Of a DNA stretch of 64,000 bases, positions 1 through 14,288 are shown piece by piece. This DNA is from Spongospora subterranea f. sp. subterranea (lineage: Eukaryota), in assembly GCA_049724395.1 (NCBI GenBank), contig JAUGWO010000049.1:62001-126000 (forward strand), given 5' to 3'. Numbering within the stretch: the stretch's first letter is position 1; each line of letters opens with the position of its first letter. The translations under genes and the position numbers were made by a program. Under the pieces are notes generated by a model. That model was not told the origin of the DNA. It was given only the letters and a program-made list of their open reading frames with translations, and ran no database searches.

Positions 1-3000
1 ATCAGGGTCAGGTACGTCAGCCATTGGTTAATGTCCTGGTCTATGTTTGTGGCGAGAAGTAAACTCAATGGCGACAACCGGAGATTCCCTTTCCTATCGT
101 GCCATGACGTGCATGACACTTCAATCACATACGAGAATCTATCAACTGGAACTGATGATTTGACGTCGGCGTTTCGCAGATCGATCCTGACCCAGGGCAT
201 CGCTGAACCTTTCTTGTCGCGTTTGATGATCTCGCCAGCTTTTTTGAATATATTGATTCCGCTGGCGTCGACATCTACCCACATCTGTCTCCATCGTGAT
301 ATTCCTACCCCATCATCAGTCATCAGATCCTGCAGTTGAACGAGTTTACCGAGAATCCGACGATGGTGTGGTCCTTGTTTCCCTACAGACATCATGCCCG
401 AGAACAGAACTATCTGTTCCTTGTTCTTGACGTGCATGCGGGTGATCAGTGTGGCGATATATTTGACATGACGATTGAGGATCCTCGATCGAACAAAATC
501 CAGGAGGAACCCGCTGGAGAAGGTGATGGTCTTGATGCAAGCAGTCTTACGATTATCTGACGCCGGCAGCGAGTGTCGTTTGATATCGCGGCTGCCGACA
601 ACAACAGGTCGCAGGATTTTGCGATTCAGCAGTCCTTGAACCTCCCGAAACAGAATGGCTTGATGCTCATCAATGGGGTAACCGGCCTCAATCATCTCAT
701 AGGTGAACGTCTGTCCTAACACGCTAGCCACTTTCAAGATCATCCTCTGACAATGCGATAGGGAATCGACCTGCCATGAACGGGATGATGTCAGTATTCA
801 AAACGATTGGATTCGGGGGATTTTTCGCAAACTGACCAGCTCTCCGAGCGTGTTTTGTAAGGTGAATGGCACTGAGAACACAGGCTCTTTGGAGAATTCC
901 TCGGAGATGTACAAATCGAACTCTCCGGTTGATTTCCGGTTAGTGATGCTGACATGACCGTGTCGCTGGATCGAATAAACCAATTCTCTGCATATCATTG
1001 GATTGCCCTCTGACTTAGCCAGAATCGGTGCCAGAATCTGTTCAGGGACCGTCGAGATTTCTAGAATGTCGGCGATCAGGTTGCTGATGAAAGTGTCGGG
1101 GCAGACGTGGCAGATGAACATTGGCAACAGCGGGATTGGATACGATCTCTTTCATCTCTGGGACCTGCCAGTTCATCGCCAATGATGACGCCGATCGAAG
1201 GGCCATTCCCACGAACAACCCTACCATAAACCTTTTACTTCGTGGTTCATCAATGGCAAACAGTCCAACCTGTGCATTTCCTGGCAATAAGCGCTGATAG
1301 AACCTGACACGATTTCCTGTTCAGAAACTGGGCGTTATCGATCAGGACCGCAATTGGATCGCAGCGCGCCACGAGGGAAATCAGCCGAACGATCTGGTTG
1401 ATCAACGGTGTCTGTGCCGATGGCAACGGTGATGAAGTCTTATCATCGTCGTCAAATACGAACCTTATCAGCTGATCTCGGTCAGATTTATCCGATTGCT
1501 GTAATATTCGCTCAATAAAGGCTCGGCGTCGATCCTCGCGATCTTGTTCGTTCTCGTCATGATCCGACTCTTGTTCTCGACAAAGCAGGTTGTCAATAAT
1601 GGATATGACGATCTGCCCATGGCTGAGATCACATGTCCCAAGAGCGAACGATGATGAGGTACCTGTCGCCAAACGAACAGATCCCGGTTGGATGGCAATT
1701 GTGACCCACGACCGCAAACGACCGATAACGGTGATGTGCAAATGGTTGACGCCAGGAGATGGGTCTTCCCTGATCCCAGATCGCCCTCCACCACGACACA
1801 TTGCATCACTCCCGTATTCATCAGACTATTGACATGACGAGCGAGCGCGATCCGCTCCGTATTTCTCCCTGATTCTGCGATCAGCACACGACGATCGCGG
1901 GTGATCTTGTCGAACCTTGATTGACGTTATCGTCGTCGGCGATGATGGACGTGGTCAACAGCAGAGCCAGATACCTGCTTGAATCGGATTCGATATCAAA
2001 CACGGCGACAGATATGACGTCGAGACGAAGGTCGTCGTCAATCGGAACATGGCTATTGACGCTTGTGAATATGTGCTCCAGATGGGGAATGATCCCCATC
2101 TTGAACGCCATCACTTTCGCCTCTCCCACCGATACGATCTTACTGCAGTCCAGTTCGACCTGAATCGCAGCTCAGCAATGGCGTCTGTGGTCATAATCGT
2201 GTGGATGTGCTTGTACCTCCTTTCCATTATCGAGCGTGATATGCAAGAACAGTATCGAACTGGGAAGGGGGTATTTCGGCGGATCGTTCGAAAAGCTGAA
2301 CTCTTCAGTTTGCGCCTCATTCTCTGTCACCTGAACCCAATTCATTCACGGGTGGAAATATCGAGGCGAGTTCGTCCAAATATCGCACTTGTAAAGTTTG
2401 CTCGGATGTCGCCAGATTCCGCAATTTGCACCGTAATACGTCCCGTTCATGGGTGAACATTGTGCCTAGTTCTTCCATCTCCCTGTTGCCAAAGTCAGCT
2501 GCGTCGAATCGGAACAAGCGGCTCCCCGTTGCATTACTTGGCCGAATACGCTCTGGTAGCGATGTTATTCAACCTGAGACGCGCGTGATCCATGACATAA
2601 AGCTCGTTCACAGGCACATATAATCGGGTCAGATTGGTTTTCCCTTTCACCGTGATGGGCTCCAGAGATCTGAACGACAATAGGAGGCGTGTGGCGTATC
2701 TGGTGGCGTTATCCACCACCAAAGGGAACCCATGTTTGGCCGCAAACTGCATCAACCTGGGCGGGATTCGTATTTTCACATGCGGTCGCTAAATGTTTGG
2801 GGAATTACACTACCTGGCCGATATATTCACAACATCTCCCAGAACTGAGAATTCCCTCCTGGTATTCCCTCCTGTGACACCACAGAACGCATATCCTGTC
2901 GTGACGCCACAATTGGCGGTCACCTTCAGCTTCGGCATCAGCATGCAGACGGATTTGGCGCCAAGGACGCCACGTAGGGAATCGTTCGGATGGGCCAACG

Positions 3001-4355
3001 GCAACAAACCGAAAACGGCCAGAACGGACATTCCTTTATCGTCGAACAGAAACTTGTTCACTGTCCCCCCATTAGAGAAAATGGATTTTTGGACCACTTC
3101 CATAACCTATCAACATTCTCGTTCGTTATATGTAGATTCCACCAGCTGAAGCCAGTCTGTGTTGAACCTTTTGCAAGCGGTCCAGCGCATCAGCTTCACT
3201 GTCGGCGTTGAGATCGAAAGTTACATGAACGAACACAACCGTGACTTTCCGGATTTCCGATGCCCATCGCTCCTCAAGCTCGCCGACAAATGGAAGAATG
3301 GCCACAGGAACATAGCGCTGCAGGACCTCGCTAAGCGAGATGAGATTATCGGCCAGCAATACTAGATCAGAGGCCGCATCCGTTGTCGACACAATCCCTG
3401 CCCAACCACAGCAGCCTGTCGGCACACATTTATCTGATCGGGTTCAGGCCAAGGATTTACCTCTTTTCGTCAGCGGCTCTTTACACGCTAGCAGATCGAA
3501 CCCGACAACCTGTTCGTGATCGGCAAGGTGACGGGCTAGCCCGATCGAGAAGAATTGAGCGATCAGGGCTGCAGTCTGAAGCGATATCGCCACCTGAACA
3601 TTTCAGGGCTCAGACCGTGAATAGCCTGGTGATGATGAGAAAGGGAATACAGTTCCTGGAGCAGCGATCGCCTCGCACAGGAACGCCTGTGATAAGGGAG
3701 ATCCAATCGCCAGATATTCCATCCGCCGTTCATAACCGCCAATATGGAATATGGTCACATCACCGACGCCGATTCCGATCTTCAGACTCAGCTCGAACTG
3801 AAACCGCCCGTTCGAATCCTGGAATGTGGATCCATGGAGACTGCGTTGAATCTCTAGCGCGCACTGGGCACATCTTCTGGCCAAAACCGCTAACGAATCA
3901 TCGGCGACAGGCCACACAACAATGACAGCATCGCCTGCGAACTTGAACACGTCCCCCCCATGCCGGCGAACGACTTTCACCAAAATTCCGAAATATGCCT
4001 TGACGATTCGCGCCAGATCTTCGATGTCGGCATGGGATTCTCCCAACATTTCGCACATGGCCGTGTATCCCGATATATCGGCAAACAGTACAGCGGTTGT
4101 CAGCTTATGACTGGCTGGAATTGTAAACTCCCGCCCGGCTAGGAACTGGACCACGCACGATGGAATATACGAGCAGAGGTTGACGATGGATTGCGAGGAA
4201 AGCTGCAGGTTCGGTTGGGGTAGGATCCTACGAGGAGCGTTCGACCTGGGAGCCGATAGTTCGGCGATTGCATTATCGAATAAGGGGGAAAGGCTGAGGT
4301 GGACGTCGTGGCGCCGATGGGTATTATCGTTGCCCTTAGGGCATTGATTCATCAA
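1..4355 (-). CDS. Soluble adenylyl cyclase (ADCY10/sAC-like): two class III cyclase domains, STAND P-loop ATPase and a PH domain; multi-exon, 3' end outside the window
   Basis: Exonic ORFs give C1 motifs VLFADISGYTAM and VFKFAGDAV, C2 motifs VNKFLFDDKG and FSVLGDVVNISARLM, Walker A VEGDLGSGKT, Walker B IAVLIDNAQFL and the sensor-like SEGNPMICREL. Manual translation of 2-300 (-) is PH-like. Exon boundaries are approximate. Confidence 0.9.
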
Positions 4356-4625
4356 TGTAATGCCCTATCGGCACAACACCAACTCATTCAAAACATCGCC
4401 TCTGAAGATCTGAACCGAGTACTAACAATGATCTACCGATGCCAGATCTGTAGAATTGATCCGAACCCGACCGGATTCAGACTTTTCTCAGTCAGATATT
4501 CTCACACGTTCAATTATCACTTCGACATCCAAAATACATCTCACTATCTCGTTCATTGGATTCAAATGCATTCTGATCTGCCAACAGCAGGCGAAACCAG
4601 CTGTATATAGATTATTTGATTGATA

Positions 4626-7600
4626 TCATCGGATTTCCAGAGCTTTGATGAATTTAGTCGTATCGTGAACTGTTCCGATATCTATCGAGTTATCGACGTC
4701 GTTTCCTTTGAAGTCACGGTCGTCATAGGATATGACCTCGTAAAGTTTAGCAGATGGCTCTCTTGACTTGTATGAATAATCTATGACAATATCAGGCTTC
4801 ACTTCCTTTAGTTTTGATTCAAACCCGGCCGCCATCGACTCGGCTCGGATACATCGTTGGCCTATCATCACTACACTCCTCTCGAGAGCGACACATTGCT
4901 GTTGAACGACCTCTAATTTTGTCTCCAATGAATGGCAGAGATCTCGCGCTTCAGCATGTTTAGAGCTAATTGCCTCTGTATGCTGTTGAAGGCGTGCAAA
5001 TTCTAGAGATTTTGTCATCACCTCTGTCCTAGCCCTGTTGAGGTCAGTTCTCATCTGACCGCAACAATTTTCATTTAAACCGGTAATCAAGGTTCAAATC
5101 ACGTGACCGAACCTGTCGTAAAATCTGACTGTCGGCTTTGAGAGTTTCCAAAGCGTCTGCTCCATTGACTAATGTACGATTATGATTGCACCGATTTGAT
5201 GCCTTTCGGCCTGAAACAGGTTGATGCTGATTCACAGATGGCAGTATCGAAACTGGATGATGCTTGCGTTTACACATTTCTGAACGACGATTCAGACAAG
5301 TGGAACAGCGATATTTGTTCATTCACCTTCAATCTTAGCAGTCCATCCTTCAAACCGCTTGTCTTCTATATGCCGTTCCTTTTGCAAAATCTTTATCTGC
5401 TGCCGCAATTCTTGCTGAATTCCCATCTGCTTGGACAATTCTGCTTTCTCCGATTCCAGTTTGACCTGAAGAGTTTGGACCATCGTTTGAGCGAGCGATC
5501 TAGCGCGTACGGCTTCTATAAGTTCTTTCGAGCCATCAGACTTAGAACTTCGACTTCGGGCCATCTGTCAGGAAATGGTTTGACAAAATGCGGCCACAAT
5601 AAATTATTTGATGTGACTTTGACGAACCTGTTGTTTTAAAATATGAATTTGGGATTGTGCTTCGGCCGTAACGGTCTGCACTCGAAAATCGCGATCGACT
5701 AGGGCTTTGTCTTTGGCGTTGGAGCTGAGCTTTTCCGAGCAGATACGTTGGGATTGTAGTCGGCATTGGGATCGGGCTGCGTCCAGCTCCAGTGCCAGCT
5801 CCGATTCACGAATCTCGCTTTTGCGAATATCCGCTTCAGCTCGTTTGGACTATGGCTGAGTTAAAACAGCAGCATATCACAGACAGCAACTGATAACCTT
5901 AGATATCGTCAGATCATGGCGTGCCTCATTCACACGACGCTGCCCTTCCATTGTCACATTTTTGCGGGACGCCTCGATGAGTTTAGCTTGGCACTCTACA
6001 AACGCCACCCGAACATCACCCAGTTCCCCTTTGGTCTTCTTCAGAGTCCGCTTCTAAGCCCTCAAATAGGAGTGCCCATTTTTTCTCTGCCTCCTCTGGC
6101 GCTTTCGTCAACGCCGCCAACTTCTGTTCGGCGCGAAACGTCCTTGATTCCATCTATCCCCATATTGCATCCGAAATCAGCAAACCGTTCCCATAATCGT
6201 TATGATGGATCAGAGAAGTGTTTTCACTTTTAATCAATCGTCAGTGAAACATGGACGACTGCACAGTAACATCAAATGAGTGGAACAGCAGCACCCGTAG
6301 CGTGACATCAACCTCAGTAACGGCAACAATGTGTTGTGTAACGGCAGTACGACACTGTGCATGGCCAACAAATGACCAGGGAAGTGGACGGGCGTGAGTG
6401 GATCAAAACGACCAACCATGGACACGTTGCCTTGAAGATCGATGCTGCGCTCCATCGCCGCCTGCAATCGACTGCATCATCGTCAATCGTGGGTCAGCAG
6501 GTTCAACAGCCGATCACACATATATGGATATCCTCGAACCTTTCGGCAGATTCCGCCATCAGCGATAGATGGGAGTTCTGGTCTTGGAGACGCTTGGCCT
6601 CGACTTGCATTTGGAGCATGATCTGGGCAGATCTCGCTTGCAAAGAGGCGATCTCCACCGACAGTTTCGCGTTGACTGAGTCCCTATCAGCAATAGCTTG
6701 TTCCGCCTCGTTAAAACGTGTATTCAATACCAAAACAGTGCCCGCCTGTTTCTCTGACATTTCCTTCATTAGCGTCACATGGGATTGGTTTGCAGATTTC
6801 TCTTGAACCAGTTGATGTGATACTTTTGATAGCCGTTCCGCAAGTATTGCTTCGTTTTTTTCACTATAGCAGCACGGTCAACTGGGCATTGTGTAAACCA
6901 TTTTCAGTTGACCTGTTGTTCAGCGCCGCAAGAACTTGATGATATGCCAAGCCAGAATTTTCTAATGCTTTTTGCGTGCGCAGCTCAGCCTGCTGGCTTT
7001 CATGCAAGTTTGCGTTGGTTTCGTCGTTGAGTCTTGATAAACGATTGACCTTTTGCTCTAGGGCCAAGTTCTGTTGTTTTAATGTTTTATTTCCTTCCTC
7101 GACGCGGTCAGCCACCACTTCCAACACTAACATCTGCTTCCTGATCTCCCCTGGTTATTATATCGACGTTGTGGTTAAGAAAACATATTACCTGGTGTCG
7201 GCTACTTCAGCGGCATTGCGTCTCAAAACCGCATCACGTTCGTCCATCGCATCGATAGATTGCTCCCACCTTGCTACCATCAACTCGTTTGATTTACTCA
7301 GTAACTCCATTTCTAGAAAATCAAATCGGCGATAGTCGTTGGAAACCGCCATTCCAGTTGCCCTACCTTTAACTACAGATGCTAACGCCATTTGAGCGAG
7401 TTTAGTCTCATGTTTTTGACTATTTGACTCGCAACTAACATCGCGCACTGACGCCATTGCTGCCTCAAATTTGCTCTGCCACTGGTTCATATTCTTGATC
7501 AGGATGCGTTTGTCTTCCCCTAATCGGTTAATCTCTGCCTTCAAACTCTGCTCATACATATGATGCATTCTATAGTACAAGCAAATCCAGTAAATCTGAC

Positions 7601-8273
7601 CGGCAAACGTTCCCAGTGACGCTACCTCAAATCATCAGCGACAACATTCTGTAGTTGGCGCATCTTGGCGTTCTCATTCATTTGATGTTCTAAACGTTCT
7701 TTCAAGGTTTTGATGTCGAGCGAGTCTTGCTAAAAAATTGTTACTATCATATTTCGAAATTATTGTGAGCTTGGAAGCTAACCCGAGATTGCTCCTTATA
7801 CTGAGAAACTTCACTAGCTGTTTCCTGGACCATGAGCTTATATCGATCCGCTTTTTCATTCGATGCTTTCATCTCAGATTCCCTACTTCCGGTTAACGTG
7901 TGAATTTTTTCCAAAAATCGGCAATTACATGTTTTGTAAGTTCCGTTTGAGATCAGGAATTTGTCGCTTGGTCTCGCGTAATGATAGTGCGAGATCTTGA
8001 CGGGCTCGTTGGGACAAGTTTAATTCATGATCGCGAATATCTAGGATAACATTGGCTTCAACATTTGACGGAATTCGATTTGATACCAATCTCATCATGG
8101 AGTTTCTGTAGTTGGTCATCAAGATGTTGCAGCACACCAGCCTGGAATCGCCGATTAAATTCAAGCAGGCGCGTCTCCTCAATATTTTCATCAGAAGGCG
8201 GCATTGCTGCTGTAGAATTAACTGCTTTGATATTGGTCATCGACCAATTTCTTTTCTTTGTCCAGCAAGGCAT
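4626..8273 (-). CDS. Large coiled-coil protein, multi-exon (possibly more than one gene)
   Basis: Chain of minus-strand E/Q/K/L-rich heptad ORFs (4626-5090, 5319-5564, 6503-6778, 6864-7133, 7188-7580, 8058-8273) separated by short GT-AG-like gaps; no family recognised. Confidence 0.6.
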
Positions 8274-8425
8274 CCGTCATTGTTCGTTTGGCGAAGAATA
8301 AACTGCAAAAATATCACGAGCAGTGTACTCTTACGATCATATTGCACATTATCTTCAAGCAAAGTGGCTCGCGTAAAAAAAGAAATATTATATTAAATAA
8401 GTCTGGCAGATATATACTCTGCAAA

Positions 8426-10824
8426 CTATTCAAGGTTAATTTCGATATCTGCCACAGCAGAATGTGCCGAGCTCATATCGTCCAAAAATTGCGAAGGAGT
8501 TATTGTAGAGGTAGACCCGACAAGAAACTCAACCCCAGTGGTGTTGGCGATTTCGTAAACGCGCCTCATTTCCGAAAAGGTGACTCCACCGGCAATGAAC
8601 ACAATTTGTTTCATTGCAGCAGGAACTATGTCGGGGTTTCTTAGTCAGCATTCCGCGTTCAAATAGATTTGCCAACATACCATTATTTGAAGAATCTCCA
8701 TCGAAATTACCATCCGCACCTTTATTACGCCACTTACTTGCTTTAGCGGCACCAGAAGCGGGCTTTGCCCGAGCGGATTTCGCCGCAGATGCACCTCTGG
8801 AGCCTTGTTCAGCTTCAGGAGGCTACAACGGGTTTGTAAGTTGCGCAAGAAGGTCGAGTAACACGCTGGCCAACCTCTTTCAAGTATGGATAGGTGTTAC
8901 GGTCTAGATTACCGGTAACGATTCCATCAAGAAGCTCTGCAAGTAGCGGAACAAACCTCATTAACGTGAGTTTTGATGCCTGTGCAAGGGCTGCATTTTT
9001 CTTGATTGTCGCCGATCTGAGGGAAATCGACTTAGTGCATACTTTGAGTTAAAGTTATTTACGGACGAAAGCGGGTTATTGGAATTCCTCCGGTTAGTCT
9101 GCAAAGTAATTCCAAGGTGTGACAAGTTTTGAACTGCGTCTAAATTGCGATCGTTGAGTTTAGCAGTATTGAAAAGGGTCTTTCGAGTAGCCTCTTTGAT
9201 TCCATCCTAAAAACAACGGGGTTCATGAGCGACAAAGTTGAAATTAATGGCCAGGTCACCTGTGCAATGATATAGATCATGATTAGGCGTAGCTTATCTG
9301 TTGATGAAACTGCTGGGTCTTGGATAATTGCGCTCAACGAATTCATGAGATCGTTTTTATTCGTCTTTCTTCCTTCTTCAGTAACACCGGTGACTATATC
9401 TTGTTCAAGTTCACCTAAAACGAACAAATTGTCAAAGAGCTAGAATGCGGCGATAAATGCTAACTGACCAAGTTTTTTTAGTCCCATTTTGTCAAAATGG
9501 TCAAACACATTTTCAAGAATACTCATGTGCTTTGTGAAGCGCTGCATTTCTGCCTTGAATGAGTTAGCATGTTTTGCAGCTTTGAGTAGTTCCTGTGCCA
9601 TGATTAGTAGTTTTCATGCATAGCGAGTTTCATCGATGTCCGACTTTCAAAGACGCGTCTTTATCAAGGTTCGCTGCAGCATTCTTTGTCCGGAACTGGT
9701 TGAACATATCTTTTACCGTCGGAAGTGCCTCACCGATGTGTTTATGGCGTAAATCTTTCCATAATGAGTCATCTTCACTAAGTACGAACGCATCGGCATC
9801 AGCATTCTTCATATCATCTTTTCTTTCCTCTTTCGCGTTTACTGATTTCAGTTTACAAATCTCACCAGAAACCGGTAGAATATCATTGATAATTGCCTAC
9901 AAGAGGTAGTATGGGGGAACGGTGTTGAAAATTCATTAAGCAACACGCTTGACCTGATACGTATACTCATGCATAAGTGGTGCTACGCAATCTACAGAGC
10001 GATCAAGAATTAACAGGGTTCCTCGGTTTGGATTAAATTTCCAATTTTTCAAATTTCGTAACGCGTTTTCAAGAGACTTGTCCACGAGCCTGGCGATCTC
10101 AGATGTGACAGGATTTGCAGCAACATAACGAATATAAGGATATTCATTCAATGTGACACCTTTTTGAGACGAAAATAAATTCAGGTCCATAGTAGAAAGA
10201 ATGTAACAGCAACCATACACAGTGAAGAGAGCTGATCTGCAGTTCTCCTAAGTTCATCGCTGCGAACAGCAGTGGACACTGATTTGAAATAAAGTGATGG
10301 AATGACACCTGGACGTCCGAAAGAGAATACTCGCGACTCTATTGCCAGAAAATCGATATTGACCTCTTTAAAGGTCTTTAGTCGCGGAAGAAGAGGTGAC
10401 CCTACAATGGCCACAATATGAGCACTCGGACGTGGACGATAAAGCTTCCCCGAGTTTCACTACCTTCCAGCATTTTCATTAACTCTGGACCTACCGTTGC
10501 AGTTGTATACAAATGAACATAACCATATTTGGGGTTGGTTTTGAAATCGGATAGAAGAATTCCCCAGTTTTCCAGCGTTGGATGGATCAAATATATAACC
10601 GGAGTAGATGGAAGCGACTCACGAGGGAATTTGATATTGACAACCGCGCCCACGCCGGCGTCGTTTATCGTGTGAACCCGTAAACACGACGACATAATTT
10701 TTGTCGTGTAATCATCGCATACGCATACAAGGTAATCGGTGGGCCGTTCACGGCTCTCCTGGATTACAGCCAGTATTTTGTTTGCCAGCACGGCTTTCAG
10801 GTCGGTCATGGCGTTCAGATCCAC
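8426..10824 (-). CDS. Sec1/Munc18 (SM) family syntaxin-binding protein, multi-exon
   Basis: Motifs PVIYLIHPT, EVNIDFLAIESRVFS, EYPYIRY, LLILDRSVDCVAPLMHEYTYQ, DDSLWKDLRHKHI, LEQDIVTG, DKLRLIMIY and IVFIAGGVTFSEMR. Confidence 0.93.
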
Positions 10825-11190
10825 TCGTGCCCAGCTCGACTACCAGATACCCGATAGCTCTCTCGTTCGAGTCAAACCAGATATCACAGACGAGCCCAAG
10901 TTAATCTCGCCCGTTTCATAAATAACTGATTCACTCTTATAATCGGGATCGTTATACAGCTGAGGGTGTTTGCGTGGCCTCGCCATCAATCGGTGTAGTC
11001 GAATCATAATCGCCTCTTGTTCACTTGGTTGGTAACGTACGGATAGGGCAAAATTTAGCCATCGTGTAGTGTAGAAATATAGCCATGAAGGCATATTTAC
11101 CTATCGGGTTCAGTTTGACCGGTTGAGCTGTTCAGGGATGTTGTCGTCCATGAAAGTGATGTGGAGGGCGAGTTTAGCGGGTGTGAATCC

Positions 11191-12192
11191 CTATTCATTA
11201 TCTGTATTAGGAGCTATACCGTTATTGACTGTGTCGAGGTTCTGTCTCATTCGCTCAATAAGCGGGTTGATTTTGACGCTGTTGGCGTATTGCTCTAACA
11301 GCAATACCCTAGTTACGTTCAGCACTTCTAATGTGTATATTGCTGAAATATCAACGTCATCAATCGTGGAAAAGCATTTTATGTTTTTCACAATACCGAA
11401 TAAAAGATGTTGACTTTGCGTGAATACTTCTGGACAAAACGACATCTGTTTGAACTGAGTCAAATTTAAGCCACAAACTGCTGATTCCCTTACACAAGTA
11501 TCATTCTGTACACGAATAGTAGAGAAGATGGCTAGGGCGATACTGATAGCCGACATGAAGGCGGAGAATGATGGGGATATTCCATATCCTGACGATATCG
11601 TTCCTAGATACCAGCGCATCAAATCTGTCAATCGCTTGGCGTTTGGCGTCAAATGATAAGCGGATATGGCCTCGGTAATCTTAACGAAGCACGCGTGCTC
11701 ATGGTGCAAGACAACGCCCTGCAATATTGACCGACACACGTACACGACGCAAATGGTTCGGATCAATAACGGGACGGGAGTTGAGCAGGAACACGTGTTG
11801 TATTGGACAAAAAAGGCGATGACGGCAGCGAATACCATACTGATACAGTACACTAGGCCGAAAAATATATTGGTCTCGTAGTATCTGGCAATTGAGCCGG
11901 GCGTCATTCGATCGGCTAAGAAACTCAACGACCGATGGTGATTATGATCGGCTTTGGTCAACAATGGGCGGATTTCCTCCGATCGCTGTTCAAGGATTTG
12001 GCTGGACCAGAACAGTAATCCCATTAACCCTGCGATTAGACATGGGAGGCACACAATCGCCCATGACGTGTTCGCCAGGATCCCAGTCGTATCCAGTTTC
12101 AGGATCAGCAGAATTACGAACAGATTTAGAGCCAAAATTCCTATGAATGTGGCAAGTGCGTTGGCGATTCGTGCCACCGTCACCAGCGTCAT
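11191..12192 (-). CDS. Multi-pass membrane protein with a TMEM185-like N-terminal segment
   Basis: Long single ORF (11191-12264; first ATG at 12192) with several hydrophobic helices; LILKLD...SWAIVCLPCLI resembles the TMEM185 motif. Family call is tentative. Confidence 0.55.
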   Translation of the reverse strand: MTLVTVARIANALATFIGILALNLFVILLILKLDTTGILANTSWAIVCLPCLIAGLMGLLFWSSQILEQRSEEIRPLLTKADHNHHRSLSFLADRMTPGSIARYYETNIFFGLVYCISMVFAAVIAFFVQYNTCSCSTPVPLLIRTICVVYVCRSILQGVVLHHEHACFVKITEAISAYHLTPNAKRLTDLMRWYLGTISSGYGISPSFSAFMSAISIALAIFSTIRVQNDTCVRESAVCGLNLTQFKQMSFCPEVFTQSQHLLFGIVKNIKCFSTIDDVDISAIYTLEVLNVTRVLLLEQYANSVKINPLIERMRQNLDTVNNGIAPNTDNE

Positions 12193-12922
12193 ATGTGCTT
12201 TGTTGACGCCAGAGATGAGCCAAGGATAGCTCTTCTGCGACGAGTAGCCGTTAGTCACGATCAACTGGTACTTACTCCAGAACCAAATGAAACCTGATGG
12301 ATCCTGCTCATCTAAAGACTCGTGAACTAGTAAGTTACTTGTTGGAGCAGAGGAAAGTCCAATAAAACACTTACCTGGAATGAAATTATCATGTGTTGCT
12401 TTTGTTTATTCTTGGAAAGGCCCAAACGACAATACGATGTCTGTTTTCTATCAAGTGTTAAAAAACAGAGAGATTTTCAGCAATCTATTCTTGAAGCGGA
12501 ATGAGGACACGTCAATCAATCGAAGAGGGGTCTAATAAGAGCAACAGCGTTCATTGGAAAATGAACAAAGAGTACAAATGGAGTTCGTGATGATATAAAG
12601 CTATGATTGACTTCTTTTTAATGATGACGGAAATGCCCCTTTACATTGTAGTTCCGCTGTTAGTCTCCGCTCCAGAACAATAGTCAGTTCTTAACAACTT
12701 GGCCTTGTACAGGAGCCAAACTTGATTCAATGATGGTTGAAACAATGGAGTAGAATCGGATATCGCCAACTGAGTGATCGAAGAGTTACAACCAGGAGGA
12801 AATCTTGAACAGATGAGACAGAGAATACAATGAGTTAGTTTTGGTGTGGCTGCAGTGACCATCGCACGAGCTACAGCGATTTCAGCAGCGCAAACTTCTC
12901 ATTCGTTGAACTCTAACATCAT

Positions 12923-14288
12923 TTACCGTCCCTTTGACGTCGATTTATCGGGCAAAGTCAACTGAAAACTCATTTTCTTGTTAGCTCGGCGGACTCGGTC
13001 CCTTACCCGTTCCTGATGAATAATCTCTTGAAATTCATCCCAGCTCTTGGGCTTTGTCTCTAGAAATCGCTGCATTGAGTTCTGTTCCATCAAATGCAGT
13101 AAGTGAATTGCCGCCGCATCGAACACAGCATGGTCAATCAATCCAGTATCGTCTTCGTCCATGAATACCGTCTTCCTATATCTATTGAGTAGTTCACTTG
13201 GCAGATTCACTTCGAGAGGCGCTTTATCGGCAAGATATTTCCGATATATATCGATTGCCATACGTAAACAAGAGGGCGATAATTGCCTGTCGCGATGATT
13301 GTTGCAAGCATCTTTGAAATTGTGTACTTCGTTCCAGAAAAGAAGGCTCTCAATGCAGAATTCCTTCTCCAAATGAGCTTTGAATGCGTCAAACCCGTTA
13401 TCCGTCATAAGGAACCGTTCGAATTCTTGGCGCTTATCGTCGATGATTGTGATTAATTTGTGATGATGGCGTATTTTCAATACAGGAAGCACAAAGCAGG
13501 TGATCATGATATAATTACAGATTGCAACACTTTCCATCTGTGGAATACCCAAATCGGAAAGTCTCGTCAGCCAATCACCCGCAATCAGATAAAATGAAAG
13601 CCCCACACCGACACCGTATCCTACTCGCTTCAACAGAATCTTCGTGCCAAATGCGTCCTGGATAATGCTAAGGCGCCGGCTGAGGATTATAAGGAATACG
13701 GCGGTGACAATGCAACGGCCCATCACCACATATTGAACTAGCGGGAATCGAAGCGATCGTGTTTTCAGCCTCGAACACCGTCGGAGGAACGCTCAGCAAA
13801 TCGGTATCCGATCCGACGATGAGCATGACTGCAGTCATAACGGCCACGACATTGCTCGTTATCCAGCTAAACGCGAATTGATCACTTAACAGATAGGTCA
13901 ATAGCCGAATCGATCGGGCTAATGATTGATGATTGTTCGTTGCGTAGTCTTGATCGTTGACCATTTCCACCAGGGCGATTTGCACTCGGGTCTTATCGTA
14001 AGATATATAGAGTGACAAAGCGAAGACGAAAAACGCTTCTACAACGGCGACCAACAAAATTGACTCGACGATTACGTCCAGCCAGATCCCGACCGAGTCA
14101 CGAAATGCAGCCCTGGTTATCTCGCAGAAAGAGAAGATGATCAAGTTGACAAAGCAGAAGGTAAATAAAGCTGGTCGGCGGTTCCTGATAATATCGGATT
14201 GACGACGCCTCCAATAAAGAATAGGAAATATAATCATTGGGAATTGCATCACTGATATTATCAACCAGAATATTTGATCGTCCTTCAT
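12923..14288 (-). CDS. 7TM-RGS protein, copy 1 (one frameshift near 13745: pseudogene or assembly error)
   Basis: Two overlapping ORFs join into a multi-TM region (IIRNRRP) plus an RGS domain (FKAHLEKEFCIESLLFW, IYRKYL, APLEVNLP, VFDAA). Colinear with the 20652-22007 paralog. Confidence 0.85.
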
